Shown here: piece by piece, positions 10,781-20,342 of the stretch
Numbering within the stretch: the first letter of the stretch is position 1
Layout: each line of letters opens with the position of its first letter
Assembly: GCA_021201815.1 (NCBI GenBank)
Contig: JAJQEC010000090.1
Span: 30,881 to 94,880 of the forward strand
DNA length: 64,000 nucleotides
Source: Candidatus Azobacteroides sp.
GTDB lineage: Bacteria > Bacteroidota > Bacteroidia > Bacteroidales > WRGA01
Direction: 5' to 3'
Program-made: the position numbers and the translations under genes
The notes under the pieces: model-generated
Databases searched by the model: none
The model's input: the letters and a program-made list of their open reading frames with translations, nothing else
What the model was told of the DNA's origin: nothing

Positions 10781-11656
10781 TTATTTAACAACTCCACTTA
10801 TTACCAAAGGAATTTTTTCTTCTGTATTTCCATATACATATAGGATCTTACGGAAATATCCCTTTGTATCAGGATTTATCGTTACCATAATTTTTATTTT
10901 TTCTCCGGACGCTACCGGTCTTCTTTCCCATTCGGGTTTTGTACAACCACAACTGGCATCGACATGGGAAATAACAAGAGGTTCATCTCCTGTATTCTTT
11001 ATTTCAAAATCAGCCTGATACTGACTTCCTGATTTCATCTCTCCTACTACCACTTCCTGCTGTAAGACTTCTGCCGTGGTAAGCACTTTCCCGGTTACTT
11101 TTTTTTCCTCTCCGGCTATCGTATTAACATATAACTCCCAGATTCTCGGATTTAAAGCAGGATTTCCTATTAAAACCACCTTATCGTCTTTGTCCAGCAA
11201 AAAAGTCCGGTACTCCATCTTTTCCGGAAAATGATTTAACTTATGGATCCGGTTTTCATAATCTAGATAGACCGGATAAGTAAAATCAGTGGTTTTCAAT
11301 AAATATTCAATCTCTTTTTTATGAACCGCATGAAAATAGAATAAAAATTCTACTTTCCCATCTAGTAATGAATCTGCTTCTTCCATTAACTGCTTCCAGA
11401 CGGACAATTTCAGGTTACAACTCATGCATCCGATCGAATCCGTATAAATCAATATTTTATAAGGAGGATCAGATGAAGCCGTACTTTCAGAAGTTTCATC
11501 ATCCGTAAGTTGTAAGGTCTCTACCCCAACAGGAAAATTTATTTTCTTTCCGGACCATTCGGTAATCAACTCCTCGATATACTCTCTTTCTTCGTTGGTA
11601 GAACAGGCATATAACCCAGCCAATATTATCAGACATACAACAATCCGGTTTCTCAT
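10781..11656 (-). CDS. Lipoprotein with thioredoxin-like CxxC N-domain and C-terminal DUF1573 domain
   Basis: Lipobox GLYACS. DSIGCMSCNL is a CxxC motif in a TlpA/thioredoxin-like context. The C-terminus FEIKNTGDEPLVISHVDASCGCTKPEW...GEKIKIMVTINPD matches the DUF1573 pattern. Confidence 0.6.
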   Translation of the reverse strand: MRNRIVVCLIILAGLYACSTNEEREYIEELITEWSGKKINFPVGVETLQLTDDETSESTASSDPPYKILIYTDSIGCMSCNLKLSVWKQLMEEADSLLDGKVEFLFYFHAVHKKEIEYLLKTTDFTYPVYLDYENRIHKLNHFPEKMEYRTFLLDKDDKVVLIGNPALNPRIWELYVNTIAGEEKKVTGKVLTTAEVLQQEVVVGEMKSGSQYQADFEIKNTGDEPLVISHVDASCGCTKPEWERRPVASGEKIKIMVTINPDTKGYFRKILYVYGNTEEKIPLVISGVVK

Positions 11657-12708
11657 TGATAGCTATATTCCACTACAGGCTGATCAGTATCCAATGCCAA
11701 CGCAATAAATTTCTTATTATCTTCATCCACATGGAAACCTGAAACATAATGATCCAATTTATATTCTTTCAGGGGATTCCCCTTTAAATCGAACACATGA
11801 ATATATTCTCCTCCCTGCAACTGGTAATTCCTGTTTATTTCTTTAAAGGAATATCCCCAGAATATCGCGTATATATTTTCTTTCCCTACAAAGACATCAC
11901 TATATCCCATAATTCCAGTTGGTACTGCATGTCCGTTCTGAAAGTCATAAGCAGGCTCTCCTGCTTTTCCATACATTATATTTACTATGGTATCATTATG
12001 CATATCATAAATCTCTATCACCTCTCCTAATTGTGTAACTAAAGCAAGAATTCCATTTTCCTGATTGTAATTCAAAAAAGGACGCCAAGCTTGAGCCAAA
12101 ACAATTTTTGATTCCCCAGCTTTTATTTTTTGATGAGTAGGAATAGAAAAATATTTTTTTCGTACATTTCCTTTTAAATCCATCAGACAAAATCGACTTT
12201 CTCCGGTGTAATCCGGAACAATAATGATTGAATCATTATAAAAATCGAAATCAAGAGCTGTGATCAGTTCTTTAGGAATTTTTCCTTCCTGTATACTTGA
12301 CATTTTCTCGGGAAAAAACTCCAGTATACTCTTTTTGTATGCATCCAGACACCATATATTTTCTTTTTTCCCAACCCGAATATTATAGGAATTTACCAAT
12401 TCCTGAGGACCATTTCCTCTTTTGGCAAAAGCTCCTTTAAAATTCATTGCCGGATAACTAAATCGGTGGCAGTAATACTCTACTGGATGTAAATCCATTA
12501 CATACAATAAACTGTCTTGTAAGCGAACCCGAAAAGGATATTTTAAATCAACAATATCAATATTTCTTTTTTCAGAAATTAACTCTATAGTTTCCGGAAA
12601 ATTCCAGGGATCTTTATTATTACACCCTGAAAGTAAAATGAACATAAGAGAGCAAAAAAAACAAATAACAAACCAATCATATAAAAATAAATTGCTTTTT
12701 TTCCTCAT
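11653..12708 (-). CDS. Lipoprotein, 6-bladed beta-propeller family (BF3164-like)
   Basis: 351 aa with lipobox LLSGCNNK. Blade-like repeats. The position immediately after an NVEALA gene is typical for this family. ATGA overlap with 10781..11656. Confidence 0.6.
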   Translation of the reverse strand: MRKKSNLFLYDWFVICFFCSLMFILLSGCNNKDPWNFPETIELISEKRNIDIVDLKYPFRVRLQDSLLYVMDLHPVEYYCHRFSYPAMNFKGAFAKRGNGPQELVNSYNIRVGKKENIWCLDAYKKSILEFFPEKMSSIQEGKIPKELITALDFDFYNDSIIIVPDYTGESRFCLMDLKGNVRKKYFSIPTHQKIKAGESKIVLAQAWRPFLNYNQENGILALVTQLGEVIEIYDMHNDTIVNIMYGKAGEPAYDFQNGHAVPTGIMGYSDVFVGKENIYAIFWGYSFKEINRNYQLQGGEYIHVFDLKGNPLKEYKLDHYVSGFHVDEDNKKFIALALDTDQPVVEYSYQ

Positions 12709-12721
12709 TAACTTTTCTGTT

Positions 12722-12943
12722 TTAATTATTGTAACCTATAGCCATAACAGGCTGTGTAGAGTATGGACAATAAAGAGTACCTATCATATAACATGACTGT
12801 ATATTTTCCCCTCCTGCCAAGGCCTCTAAATTATTGACCTGAATACCAGTGAACTTATTATCAGTCGTATTTACATTTACATTTAATAATAAAAAAATTG
12901 CCATAAGACAAGAAACAAAACATAAAAAAAGTAACTTTTTCAT
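12722..12943 (-). CDS. NVEALA-family small protein (putative exported or modified peptide precursor)
   Basis: 73 aa. N-terminal hydrophobic segment, then the family motif as VNNLEALAGGE, then a 34-aa Cys-containing tail NIQSCYMIGTLYCPYSTQPVMAIGYNN. Confidence 0.7.
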   Translation of the reverse strand: MKKLLFLCFVSCLMAIFLLLNVNVNTTDNKFTGIQVNNLEALAGGENIQSCYMIGTLYCPYSTQPVMAIGYNN

Positions 12944-13047
12944 AAATCATAGAATATACAATTAAACGATACAAAAGAACATAATTTTAAATAAACAGAA
13001 GAAAGAAAAAAGCAGGGAATTCTTACCCAATTCTTATCTAAAACCCA

Positions 13048-13055
13048 TATATTTG
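13048..13055 (+). promoter_or_regulatory. Bacteroidota -7 box TAnnTTTG upstream of the histidine kinase
   Basis: TATATTTG sits 21 nt upstream of the ATG at 13076. Confidence 0.4.
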
Positions 13056-13075
13056 CTTTCCATTACAAACTGACT

Positions 13076-14464
13076 ATGAAAGTAAAACCTGATTATATTA
13101 AATGGATTACTCTTTTTACTTTCTTCTTTATAATTTTCAATCAGATTATATGGATATATAACATGTATAATGCATACGTTCAGGAATTTAATGAAGCAAT
13201 TAACAAATCTTTAGAAAATGCATTGGACAAAGAACTTATTGAAAGACAAGAGACATTGGGAGATTTCTTTTACAAAAATCTTGCTCAATCTTCAGATGAA
13301 GAAGGATATATTAAAAGAACTTATGTTACTGCAGATACAACATTTCATGTTCGTATTCATAAGCATGATACAAAATCTCAGAATAAACTTACTCAATTTT
13401 TTCTTCAATATAATTATCCATTAAAATTAGAAAAATTAGACAGTATTTTTCAAGAAGAAATAAAAACGACAAAATTTACACTAAAAGACATTAGTTTTGA
13501 ATATATAAATCTGGCAACAGAAGAAATCTTAGATTCTTATCCTAAAGAAAATAATTTTACTAAACCGGTCCCGGATAGATTTATTAAACTGGATATTCTG
13601 GAAAGCATTGGCTTGAAGATGTACATGAAAGATCCCGGCTCCTCGGTTGTGAAAAGTATGGCTTACCAGTTGAGTTTATCCATCCTGCTTATCACCATTG
13701 GTATTCTGGGTCTACTTTATCTTATGAGAACCATCTATGCACAATTCAAAGAAGAAAAGATGCGGCAAAGCTCGATCAATGCCATGACACATGAATTTAA
13801 AAGACCGATCTCCGGCGCGGTAACGCAAACCAGTCTGATTTCTTATTACTTGGATAAAGAAGATTATCAAAAAGCACGGAAATATGCACAAGGTTCTTTG
13901 CTGGAACTGAACAAATTAACTGCCTACACAGAAAGAATCCAACGGATCAGTAACAATGAGAAAGGGAACATCGTCCTGGATAAAACTTCCGTGGAAATGA
14001 TCCCGTTCTTCGATTCCCTGAAAAATAAATATGAGGGAGAAGTGAAAGGCAAACTGATCGCGCTTGATTATCAAGTTCATACGGAACGGGAAACCATATA
14101 TGTGGACCTGCTCCACTTTTCCAATGTAATGGATAACTTGATTGAGAATGCCATCAAATATTCCGGAAAAGAAGTCCGGATCGAGGTAACCGTGGAAGAC
14201 AGGAAAAACGATATCGTGTTGCATGTAAAAGATAATGGTTTCGGTATTTCAAAAATTGATATCAAATATATTTTCGACAGATTTTACAGAAGTAATGCAA
14301 AAGAAGCAAAATCCAAAACAGGTTTCGGACTTGGCTTAACGTATGTAAAAGCCATTGTGGAAGCACACGGAGGAAAGATTGAAGTGCGCAGCGAACTGGG
14401 TGAAGGAAGTGAGTTTATAATTTACCTGCCGCAAAACAACAACGAGGTAAAAACAGATGTTTAG
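13076..14464 (+). CDS. Sensor histidine kinase
   Basis: Two TM segments flank a ~165-aa extracytoplasmic region. H-box MTHEFKRPIS, N-box DNLIENAIKYS, G-boxes DNGFGI and GFGLGLTYVKAIVEAHGG. Stop is TAG followed by TAA TAA. Confidence 0.9.
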   Translation: MKVKPDYIKWITLFTFFFIIFNQIIWIYNMYNAYVQEFNEAINKSLENALDKELIERQETLGDFFYKNLAQSSDEEGYIKRTYVTADTTFHVRIHKHDTKSQNKLTQFFLQYNYPLKLEKLDSIFQEEIKTTKFTLKDISFEYINLATEEILDSYPKENNFTKPVPDRFIKLDILESIGLKMYMKDPGSSVVKSMAYQLSLSILLITIGILGLLYLMRTIYAQFKEEKMRQSSINAMTHEFKRPISGAVTQTSLISYYLDKEDYQKARKYAQGSLLELNKLTAYTERIQRISNNEKGNIVLDKTSVEMIPFFDSLKNKYEGEVKGKLIALDYQVHTERETIYVDLLHFSNVMDNLIENAIKYSGKEVRIEVTVEDRKNDIVLHVKDNGFGISKIDIKYIFDRFYRSNAKEAKSKTGFGLGLTYVKAIVEAHGGKIEVRSELGEGSEFIIYLPQNNNEVKTDV

Positions 14465-14609
14465 TAATAAAGGATTGATTTTTTAGACATGTATCCACCT
14501 TAAACTAATTTCCTGTACCGTATCCATAAAAATAGAAAGGGTACTCCTGTGGTATGCAGGATTGCTCCGACAGAATATAAACACATACTTTTTATTTCCA
14601 TATTTTAAT

Positions 14610-15296
14610 ATGCAGAATAATAAGATATTAATGGCTGAGGATGACGAAGCCTTAGCTGAACCGTTAAAAGATTTTTTCGAAGATCATGGGTTAGAGGTAA
14701 TTCATACCGGGAACGGGGGCGAAATCCTTTCTTTGTTTGAAACATTTTCGCCGGATCTGGTTTTACTGGATATTATCCTTCCTGAAAAAACCGGTTTTGA
14801 AGCAATTAAAGAGATAAGAGAGAAAAATCTTTCCGTGCCCATTGTATTAATGACAGGTTCCGAAATAGATACGACAAGCGAGATAAAAGGATATAACCTG
14901 GGAGCCATCAATTATATCCGGAAACCGGTCCTGCCTCAGGTTCTTCTTGCGGTCATCAGGAATTTACTTTCCCTTCCTAAAGATTTAAAGGAATACAGGG
15001 TCGGAGAGCATCAGATAATGATACATAATACGTATGTAGAAATTAATGACTGTAAAATCAAGCTAAGAGATAAAGATGCGATGGTATTCCGCAAATTGCT
15101 GGATAAGAAAGGAAGAGTAGTTGAAAGAAGGGAGTTACTGATTGAAGTATGGAAAGAAGATAATTATTTTTATAACAACAGGCTGGATGTTTCTATTAAC
15201 CGGTTGAGAAAAAAACTCAAAGATTTCGGGCTCCTTCATATCAGGTCTTTATATGGACAGGGATATTTACTTGAAGAAGTACGTGTAAATAAATAA
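14610..15296 (+). CDS. Response regulator, receiver + winged-helix (OmpR/PhoB-type) DNA-binding domain
   Basis: Likely start is MQNNKILMAEDDE (the ORF is open from 14562). DLVLLDIILP carries the phospho-acceptor Asp. C-terminal RLDVSINRLRKKL...GQGYLL. Confidence 0.9.
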   Translation: MQNNKILMAEDDEALAEPLKDFFEDHGLEVIHTGNGGEILSLFETFSPDLVLLDIILPEKTGFEAIKEIREKNLSVPIVLMTGSEIDTTSEIKGYNLGAINYIRKPVLPQVLLAVIRNLLSLPKDLKEYRVGEHQIMIHNTYVEINDCKIKLRDKDAMVFRKLLDKKGRVVERRELLIEVWKEDNYFYNNRLDVSINRLRKKLKDFGLLHIRSLYGQGYLLEEVRVNK

Positions 15297-15556
15297 AGAG
15301 AAGAATACTTACCCGGAATCCCACAGACAGGCGGAAAGAAAAGAACAGGGCGGCAATGAATGTATTTTTCCTTTTTATTTTTGCCAAATGGTTTATAATC
15401 ACTATTTTTATCCATCCTTAATGGACAATTATAGGTAGGGTAAGTTATAAAGAAGAAGAATATTTAATTAATGATACGAGGTCAATCTTTCCCTTGCATT
15501 TGAAGGGAAAGGAGGGAAATAACACCATTTCCTGTCCCTCTCTAAAAACCACCTAT

Positions 15557-16237
15557 ATGGAACGCAACAAAATATTAATGGTAGAGGATGATCCGGAAGT
15601 AGCTCTTCCTTTGAAAGAGTTCTTTGAAGATAATGGACTGGAAGTATTCCATACGGAAGATGGCGCGGAATCACTTGCGTTGTTTGAAGTTACCTCTCCG
15701 GCCCTGGTCTTACTGGATATCGTATTACCTAACAAAAATGGCTTTGACATAATAAAAGACATTCGTAAAAAGGATCTCTCTGTTCCTATTATCCTGATGA
15801 CCGGTTCGGAGATAGATTCGGAAAGTGAAATAAAAGGGTATGAGCTGAGCGCTATCAACTACATAAAAAAGCCGGTGCTGCCTCAGGCACTTCTTGCCCT
15901 GGTAAAAAACCTGTTGTCCCTCCCCAAAGACCTGAAAAAGTTTGAGGCCGGTGGGTATTCCATTATGCTTCATAATACTTACCTGGAAATCAACGGGGCT
16001 AAAATCAAACTCAGGGACAAAGACGAGCAGATATTGCGGAAGCTACTGGAAAAGAAAGGAACGCTGGTAGAACGGGATGAGTTTTTAATCGAAATCTGGG
16101 GAGATAACGAATATACTTTTCATAACAGATTGGATGTAGGCATCAACAGGTTGAGAAAAAAGCTGACAGATTTTATGAATATCCGTATCCGGTCTTTGTA
16201 CGGGCGAGGATATTTGCTGGAAGAAATAATCATCTGA
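15557..16237 (+). CDS. Response regulator, receiver + winged-helix domain (tandem paralog of 14610..15296)
   Basis: Likely start is MERNKILMVEDDPE (ORF open from 15494). Roughly two-thirds identical by eye to the upstream regulator along its full length. Confidence 0.9.
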   Translation: MERNKILMVEDDPEVALPLKEFFEDNGLEVFHTEDGAESLALFEVTSPALVLLDIVLPNKNGFDIIKDIRKKDLSVPIILMTGSEIDSESEIKGYELSAINYIKKPVLPQALLALVKNLLSLPKDLKKFEAGGYSIMLHNTYLEINGAKIKLRDKDEQILRKLLEKKGTLVERDEFLIEIWGDNEYTFHNRLDVGINRLRKKLTDFMNIRIRSLYGRGYLLEEIII

Positions 16238-16244
16238 AAAGAAA

Positions 16245-16455
16245 GAATTGCCGTGTGCTGAAGCAACACGGCTAATGATATGTTACCCCTACGGGGTTAG
16301 AAAACATTGGTGGTAGGATATTGCTCTTTTGATATGGGTTAATGTTTCAATGAGACAATAAGATAATGTGGGAATATACTCCTATATATGGCTATCGCAC
16401 CGGCAAGCCACGGAGTGGCGTCATATCACTAGCCGTGAGGCCTCAGCCCACGGCG
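16245..16455. repeat. Copy A of a ~210-bp element with ~40-bp imperfect terminal inverted repeats (MITE-like or structured RNA)
   Basis: Near-identical to 16821..17031. The 5' end TTGCCGTGTGCTGAAGCAACACGGCTAATGATATG is the reverse complement of the 3' end CATATCACTAGCCGTGAGGCCTCAGCCCACGGCG. Confidence 0.75.
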
Positions 16456-16820
16456 GTGTCCCGAGGAAGGAAAATGCAAAGCCAATATGACACAAACAAA
16501 CGCTCAATGTCGTACAATTACAAGGGAAATATCATCTAAACAAAAGGGGAATGTTATCGCCCAACATGGGTTGAACGAATGTTCAGCGTTGCTTGGGCGT
16601 TCGTATATCGTTGGTTGAGCGAACGTCTGTCGTCGGTTGAACGATGAAATGCCGGTAAGATGATTTTTTATTTTGCAGAAGTGTTGGCTGTTTTCCGGTG
16701 AAGCCCTTTTAAAGGAAGATATCTTTCTATTTCCGGCTGATAAAGGAGAATATATCCCCGCTAACCACATGTGTAAAGATACGGATTTTCTGCTGTAAAA
16801 GCAAATTTTTTCTGATGAAT

Positions 16821-17031
16821 AATTGCCGTGTGCTGAGGCAGCACGGCTAATGATATGTCACCCCTATGGGGTTAGGAAGCATTGGACATTGCTCTTTTGA
16901 TATGGGTTAATGTTTCAATGAGATAATAAGATAATGAGATAATGTGGGAATATACTCCTATATATGGCTATCTCACCGGCAAGCCACGGAGTGGCGTCAT
17001 ATCACTAGCCGTGAAGCCTCAGCACACGGCG
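16821..17031. repeat. Copy B of the ~210-bp TIR element
   Basis: Direct repeat of copy A with scattered substitutions and small indels. TIRs are GCCGTGTGCTGAGGCAGCACGGCTAATGATATG / CATATCACTAGCCGTGAAGCCTCAGCACACGGC. Confidence 0.75.
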
Positions 17032-17080
17032 CTTAAATTGACAATATTGGGTTTACGATGGTAATTGCTTTATCGCCATA

Positions 17081-17110
17081 AAAAAAGCCCACCTCTCAGA
17101 TAGGCAGGCA
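17081..17110 (-). terminator. Rho-independent terminator of the CoA-transferase gene
   Basis: Minus-strand RNA reads GCCUGCCUAUCUGAGAGGUGGGC followed by UUUUUUU, about 55 nt after the stop at 17161. Confidence 0.55.
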
Positions 17111-17160
17111 TTGTTTTATTCAATACATTATCCTCTATATAAATAGAATCGGAATCTCTT

Positions 17161-18669
17161 TTAATACTTGGACCAATCAGTGTTCCTCATATCTCCGCTT
17201 TCCTGTAATTGCTGATGCATAGCAAAACAAGCGTACAGATTCTGTGGGGAGTGACCGCCTTTGGAAAGCTTGAGGTAATCCCATAATAACTGTTTATAAT
17301 CAGGATGAACGCAGTTTTCTATAATGGCTTTTGCCCGTTCTATAGGAGCTTTTGCCCTGAGATCCGCGATTCCGTATTCACTGATAATTACTTTTACGGA
17401 ATGTTCGCTGTGGTCATGATGTGAAACCATGGGTACAAAAGCCGATATTTTTCCACCCTTCGCAACGGAAGGAGTAGTAAAGATAGAAATAAACGCATTT
17501 CTTGTAAAGTCTCCTGACCCTCCGATTCCGTTCATCATCCGTGTACCGGTAACATGCGTGCTATTGATATTACCAAAAATATCCGCTTCCAGGGCGGTAT
17601 TAATCGTAATCAATCCCAATCTCCTGATTACTTCGGGATTATTGGATATTTCCTGCGGACGAAGCACAAGCTTATCATGGAAGAAATCCATATTGCTGTA
17701 CATATCCTGTAATACTTCCTCTGTAATCGTCAGGGAAGAACCACTGGCAAAGCTTACGTGGCCTTCTTTCATAAGGGTAAATATGGATTCCTGAATTACT
17801 TCGGTATACATGGTAAAAGTCGGGATTTCCGGATTTTTACCTAATGAATCCATCACTGCATTGGCAATATTTCCTACTCCTGACTGAATAGGCAGAAACT
17901 CTTTGGGAATAATTCCTTTTTTCAATTCAGAAGCCAGAAACTTAGCCACATTATCCCCGATTTTTACCGTTACTTCATTCGGTGGAGTAAACGGCGCGAA
18001 ACCGTCCTGCAGATCCGTTTCCACAACGGCAACGATTTTTTTCGGATCTACCTTAAGATAAGGAGTACCGATTCGGTCTCTTACGGTATAAATCGGAATA
18101 TCTTTTCTATAGGGAGGGGCAGCCGGCTCATACAAATCATGCATTCCCTTTAAGCTTTTGGAATGGTGATGATTCAACTCAATGATAATCTTATCCGCCT
18201 GATGGGCAATGGTAGGGGAAATACCTACTCCGGTGGTAAGAATAATCGTACCGTCTTCTGAGATATCACATGCTTCCATAATTGCCACATCGACTTTTTT
18301 CAAAAAGCCATACCGTAATTCCTGTGCAATCTGGGACAAATGTAAATCATAATAAGGAGCTTCTCCGTTATTAATTGCAGCACGAAGATCCTTGTGCGAC
18401 TGGTAGGGAGTTCTGAAAAGTACCGCATTAGCTCTTGCTAAGGCACCGTCCAGCATATCACTGGTAGATGCACCGGTATACATTCCTACTTTAAACGGAT
18501 TTCCTTTTGCATGTTCCGCTTCTGCTATTTTTGCCAGTTCGCTGGTGACAGCCTTTGGGGCTCCGGCAGAAGTAAAACCGCTAAACCCGATCGCATCACC
18601 GTTTTTAATAAATTTTGCTGCCTCCGCAGCAGTCATAAATGGTAAAGACATGTTTGTATATTTTTTCAA
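17161..18669 (-). CDS. Acetyl-CoA hydrolase/transferase family protein (succinate/acetate CoA-transferase type)
   Basis: 502 aa. N-terminal AAEAAKFIKNGDAIGFSGFTSAGAPKAV and C-terminal MMNGIGGSGDFTRNA are characteristic of the Cat1/ScpC/ASCT family. Confidence 0.85.
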   Translation of the reverse strand: MKKYTNMSLPFMTAAEAAKFIKNGDAIGFSGFTSAGAPKAVTSELAKIAEAEHAKGNPFKVGMYTGASTSDMLDGALARANAVLFRTPYQSHKDLRAAINNGEAPYYDLHLSQIAQELRYGFLKKVDVAIMEACDISEDGTIILTTGVGISPTIAHQADKIIIELNHHHSKSLKGMHDLYEPAAPPYRKDIPIYTVRDRIGTPYLKVDPKKIVAVVETDLQDGFAPFTPPNEVTVKIGDNVAKFLASELKKGIIPKEFLPIQSGVGNIANAVMDSLGKNPEIPTFTMYTEVIQESIFTLMKEGHVSFASGSSLTITEEVLQDMYSNMDFFHDKLVLRPQEISNNPEVIRRLGLITINTALEADIFGNINSTHVTGTRMMNGIGGSGDFTRNAFISIFTTPSVAKGGKISAFVPMVSHHDHSEHSVKVIISEYGIADLRAKAPIERAKAIIENCVHPDYKQLLWDYLKLSKGGHSPQNLYACFAMHQQLQESGDMRNTDWSKY

Positions 18670-18717
18670 CTAATTTTTCAGGACTAATCCAAATCTTCCT
18701 CGCTAAATTCAGGAGTG

Positions 18718-18725
18718 CAAAGATA
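18718..18725 (-). promoter_or_regulatory. Bacteroidota -7 box TAnnTTTG upstream of the CoA-transferase gene
   Basis: The minus strand reads TATCTTTG about 49 nt upstream of the ATG at 18669. Confidence 0.4.
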
Positions 18726-18746
18726 GGAAAAAACCGTTACCTTTTA

Positions 18747-20324
18747 TCAAAATTCCGAAGTAAAATGAAACTGAATATCCTTAAAATCAGCTTGTGCCAT
18801 TTGCAGGACATAGGAAGAATCAGCCAGAAAAACATCCCGTCCTTCCTTATCTTTTGCCATAAACTGGTATTTTCTTTTCTTGAAGTTCTCCAGTTCTTCC
18901 GTATTTTCACTTTCGATCCAGCAGGCTTTATATAAATTGAGCGGGTCCCAGCGACATTGTGCCCCGTATTCATGAAGCAGGCGGTACTGGATGACTTCAA
19001 ACTGAAGCTGCCCGACTGTTCCGATAATTTTACGGCCATTAAACTGGTTAATGAACAACTGAGCCACTCCTTCATCCATTAATTGGTCAATGCCTTTATT
19101 CATTTGTTTTGCTTTCATAGGATCCGCATTTTCGATATATTTGAACATTTCCGGAGAGAAGCTCGGCAATCCTTTAAAATGCAGGTTTTCTCCTGCGGTC
19201 AGGCTATCCCCGATTTTAAAATTACCGGTATCCGGTAAACCGACGATGTCTCCGGGATAAGCTTCATCTACCACAGATTTTTTCTGTGCCATAAAAGCCG
19301 TCGGACTGGAAAATTTCATCATCTTATTAAAACGAACATGCTTGTAGTTGGCATTCCGTTCGAATTTTCCGGAACAGATCTTTACGAATGCAATACAACT
19401 CCGGTGATTGGGATCCATATTGGCATGAATTTTAAAAATAAAACCGGAAAATGCTTCTTCCTCCGGCCGGACAATCCGCTCTTCGGTCTGTACAGGCCGG
19501 GGAGCCGGAGCGATGGCAAGAAAGCAGTCCAGCAATTCCTTCACACCGAAATTATTCAACGCCGAACCGAAAAATACAGGTGCCAGCTCTCCTTTCAGGT
19601 ACTCTTCCTTATCAAATTCAGGATATACCCCTTCAATCAGTTCAATATCTGCGCGCAGCTTTTCGGCATTTTCTGTTCCTACATAATTCTCAAGTTCAGG
19701 ATTCAAAAGATCTTTAAATTCGACAGATTCGGTTACTGTCTGTTTGCTGGGCGTATATAAATCCAGCTTTTGCTCAAAAATATTGTAAACACCTTTAAAA
19801 CTCTGTCCCATATCAATGGGCCAGCTTAACGGACGGACGCTTATTTTAAGTTCTTCCTCAATTTCATCCAGCAAATCAAAGGGATCTTTTCCTTCACGGT
19901 CCAGTTTATTAACAAATACAATAACCGGTGTCTTCCGCATCCGGCAGACTTCCATTAATTTTCGTGTCTGCGCTTCTACTCCTTTTGCGACATCTACCAC
20001 AATAATTACACTATCAACCGCCGTAAGGGTCCGGTAGGTATCTTCGGCAAAATCCTGGTGTCCCGGAGTATCCAGGATATTTACTTTATAATTATTATAA
20101 TCAAACCCCATCACGGAAGTAGCGACAGAAATACCTCTTTGTTTTTCTATCTCCATCCAGTCGGAAGTTGCTGTTTTCTTAATTTTATTGGACTTTACTG
20201 CTCCTGCCACATGAATGGCTCCTCCGAAAAGTAACAATTTCTCTGTTAAGGTAGTTTTCCCCGCATCCGGGTGACTGATTACCGCAAAAGTCCTTCTGCG
20301 GTTTATTTCTTCAATAAGAGACAT
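18747..20324 (-). CDS. prfC: Peptide chain release factor 3
   Basis: 525 aa. [28 protein letters not shown] (G1), DTPGHQDF (G3), NKLD (G4). Full-length RF3 architecture. Confidence 0.95.
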   Translation of the reverse strand: MSLIEEINRRRTFAVISHPDAGKTTLTEKLLLFGGAIHVAGAVKSNKIKKTATSDWMEIEKQRGISVATSVMGFDYNNYKVNILDTPGHQDFAEDTYRTLTAVDSVIIVVDVAKGVEAQTRKLMEVCRMRKTPVIVFVNKLDREGKDPFDLLDEIEEELKISVRPLSWPIDMGQSFKGVYNIFEQKLDLYTPSKQTVTESVEFKDLLNPELENYVGTENAEKLRADIELIEGVYPEFDKEEYLKGELAPVFFGSALNNFGVKELLDCFLAIAPAPRPVQTEERIVRPEEEAFSGFIFKIHANMDPNHRSCIAFVKICSGKFERNANYKHVRFNKMMKFSSPTAFMAQKKSVVDEAYPGDIVGLPDTGNFKIGDSLTAGENLHFKGLPSFSPEMFKYIENADPMKAKQMNKGIDQLMDEGVAQLFINQFNGRKIIGTVGQLQFEVIQYRLLHEYGAQCRWDPLNLYKACWIESENTEELENFKKRKYQFMAKDKEGRDVFLADSSYVLQMAQADFKDIQFHFTSEF

Positions 20325-20342
20325 ACTTATATTAAATTTGTT

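Noticed and set aside
10518-11018. There is a 166-aa plus-strand ORF overlapping the TPR and DUF1573 genes.
   Set aside because: It is antisense to two well-supported genes and crosses their intergenic gap. It is hydrophobic and low-complexity, which is typical of a shadow ORF.
16504-16770. There is an 88-aa ORF on the minus strand between the two TIR elements.
   Set aside because: It has no motif and a low-complexity composition. It sits in a spacer that contains short dyads (GAACGAATGTTC) and GGTTGA(A/G)CGA repeats. It is more likely non-coding.
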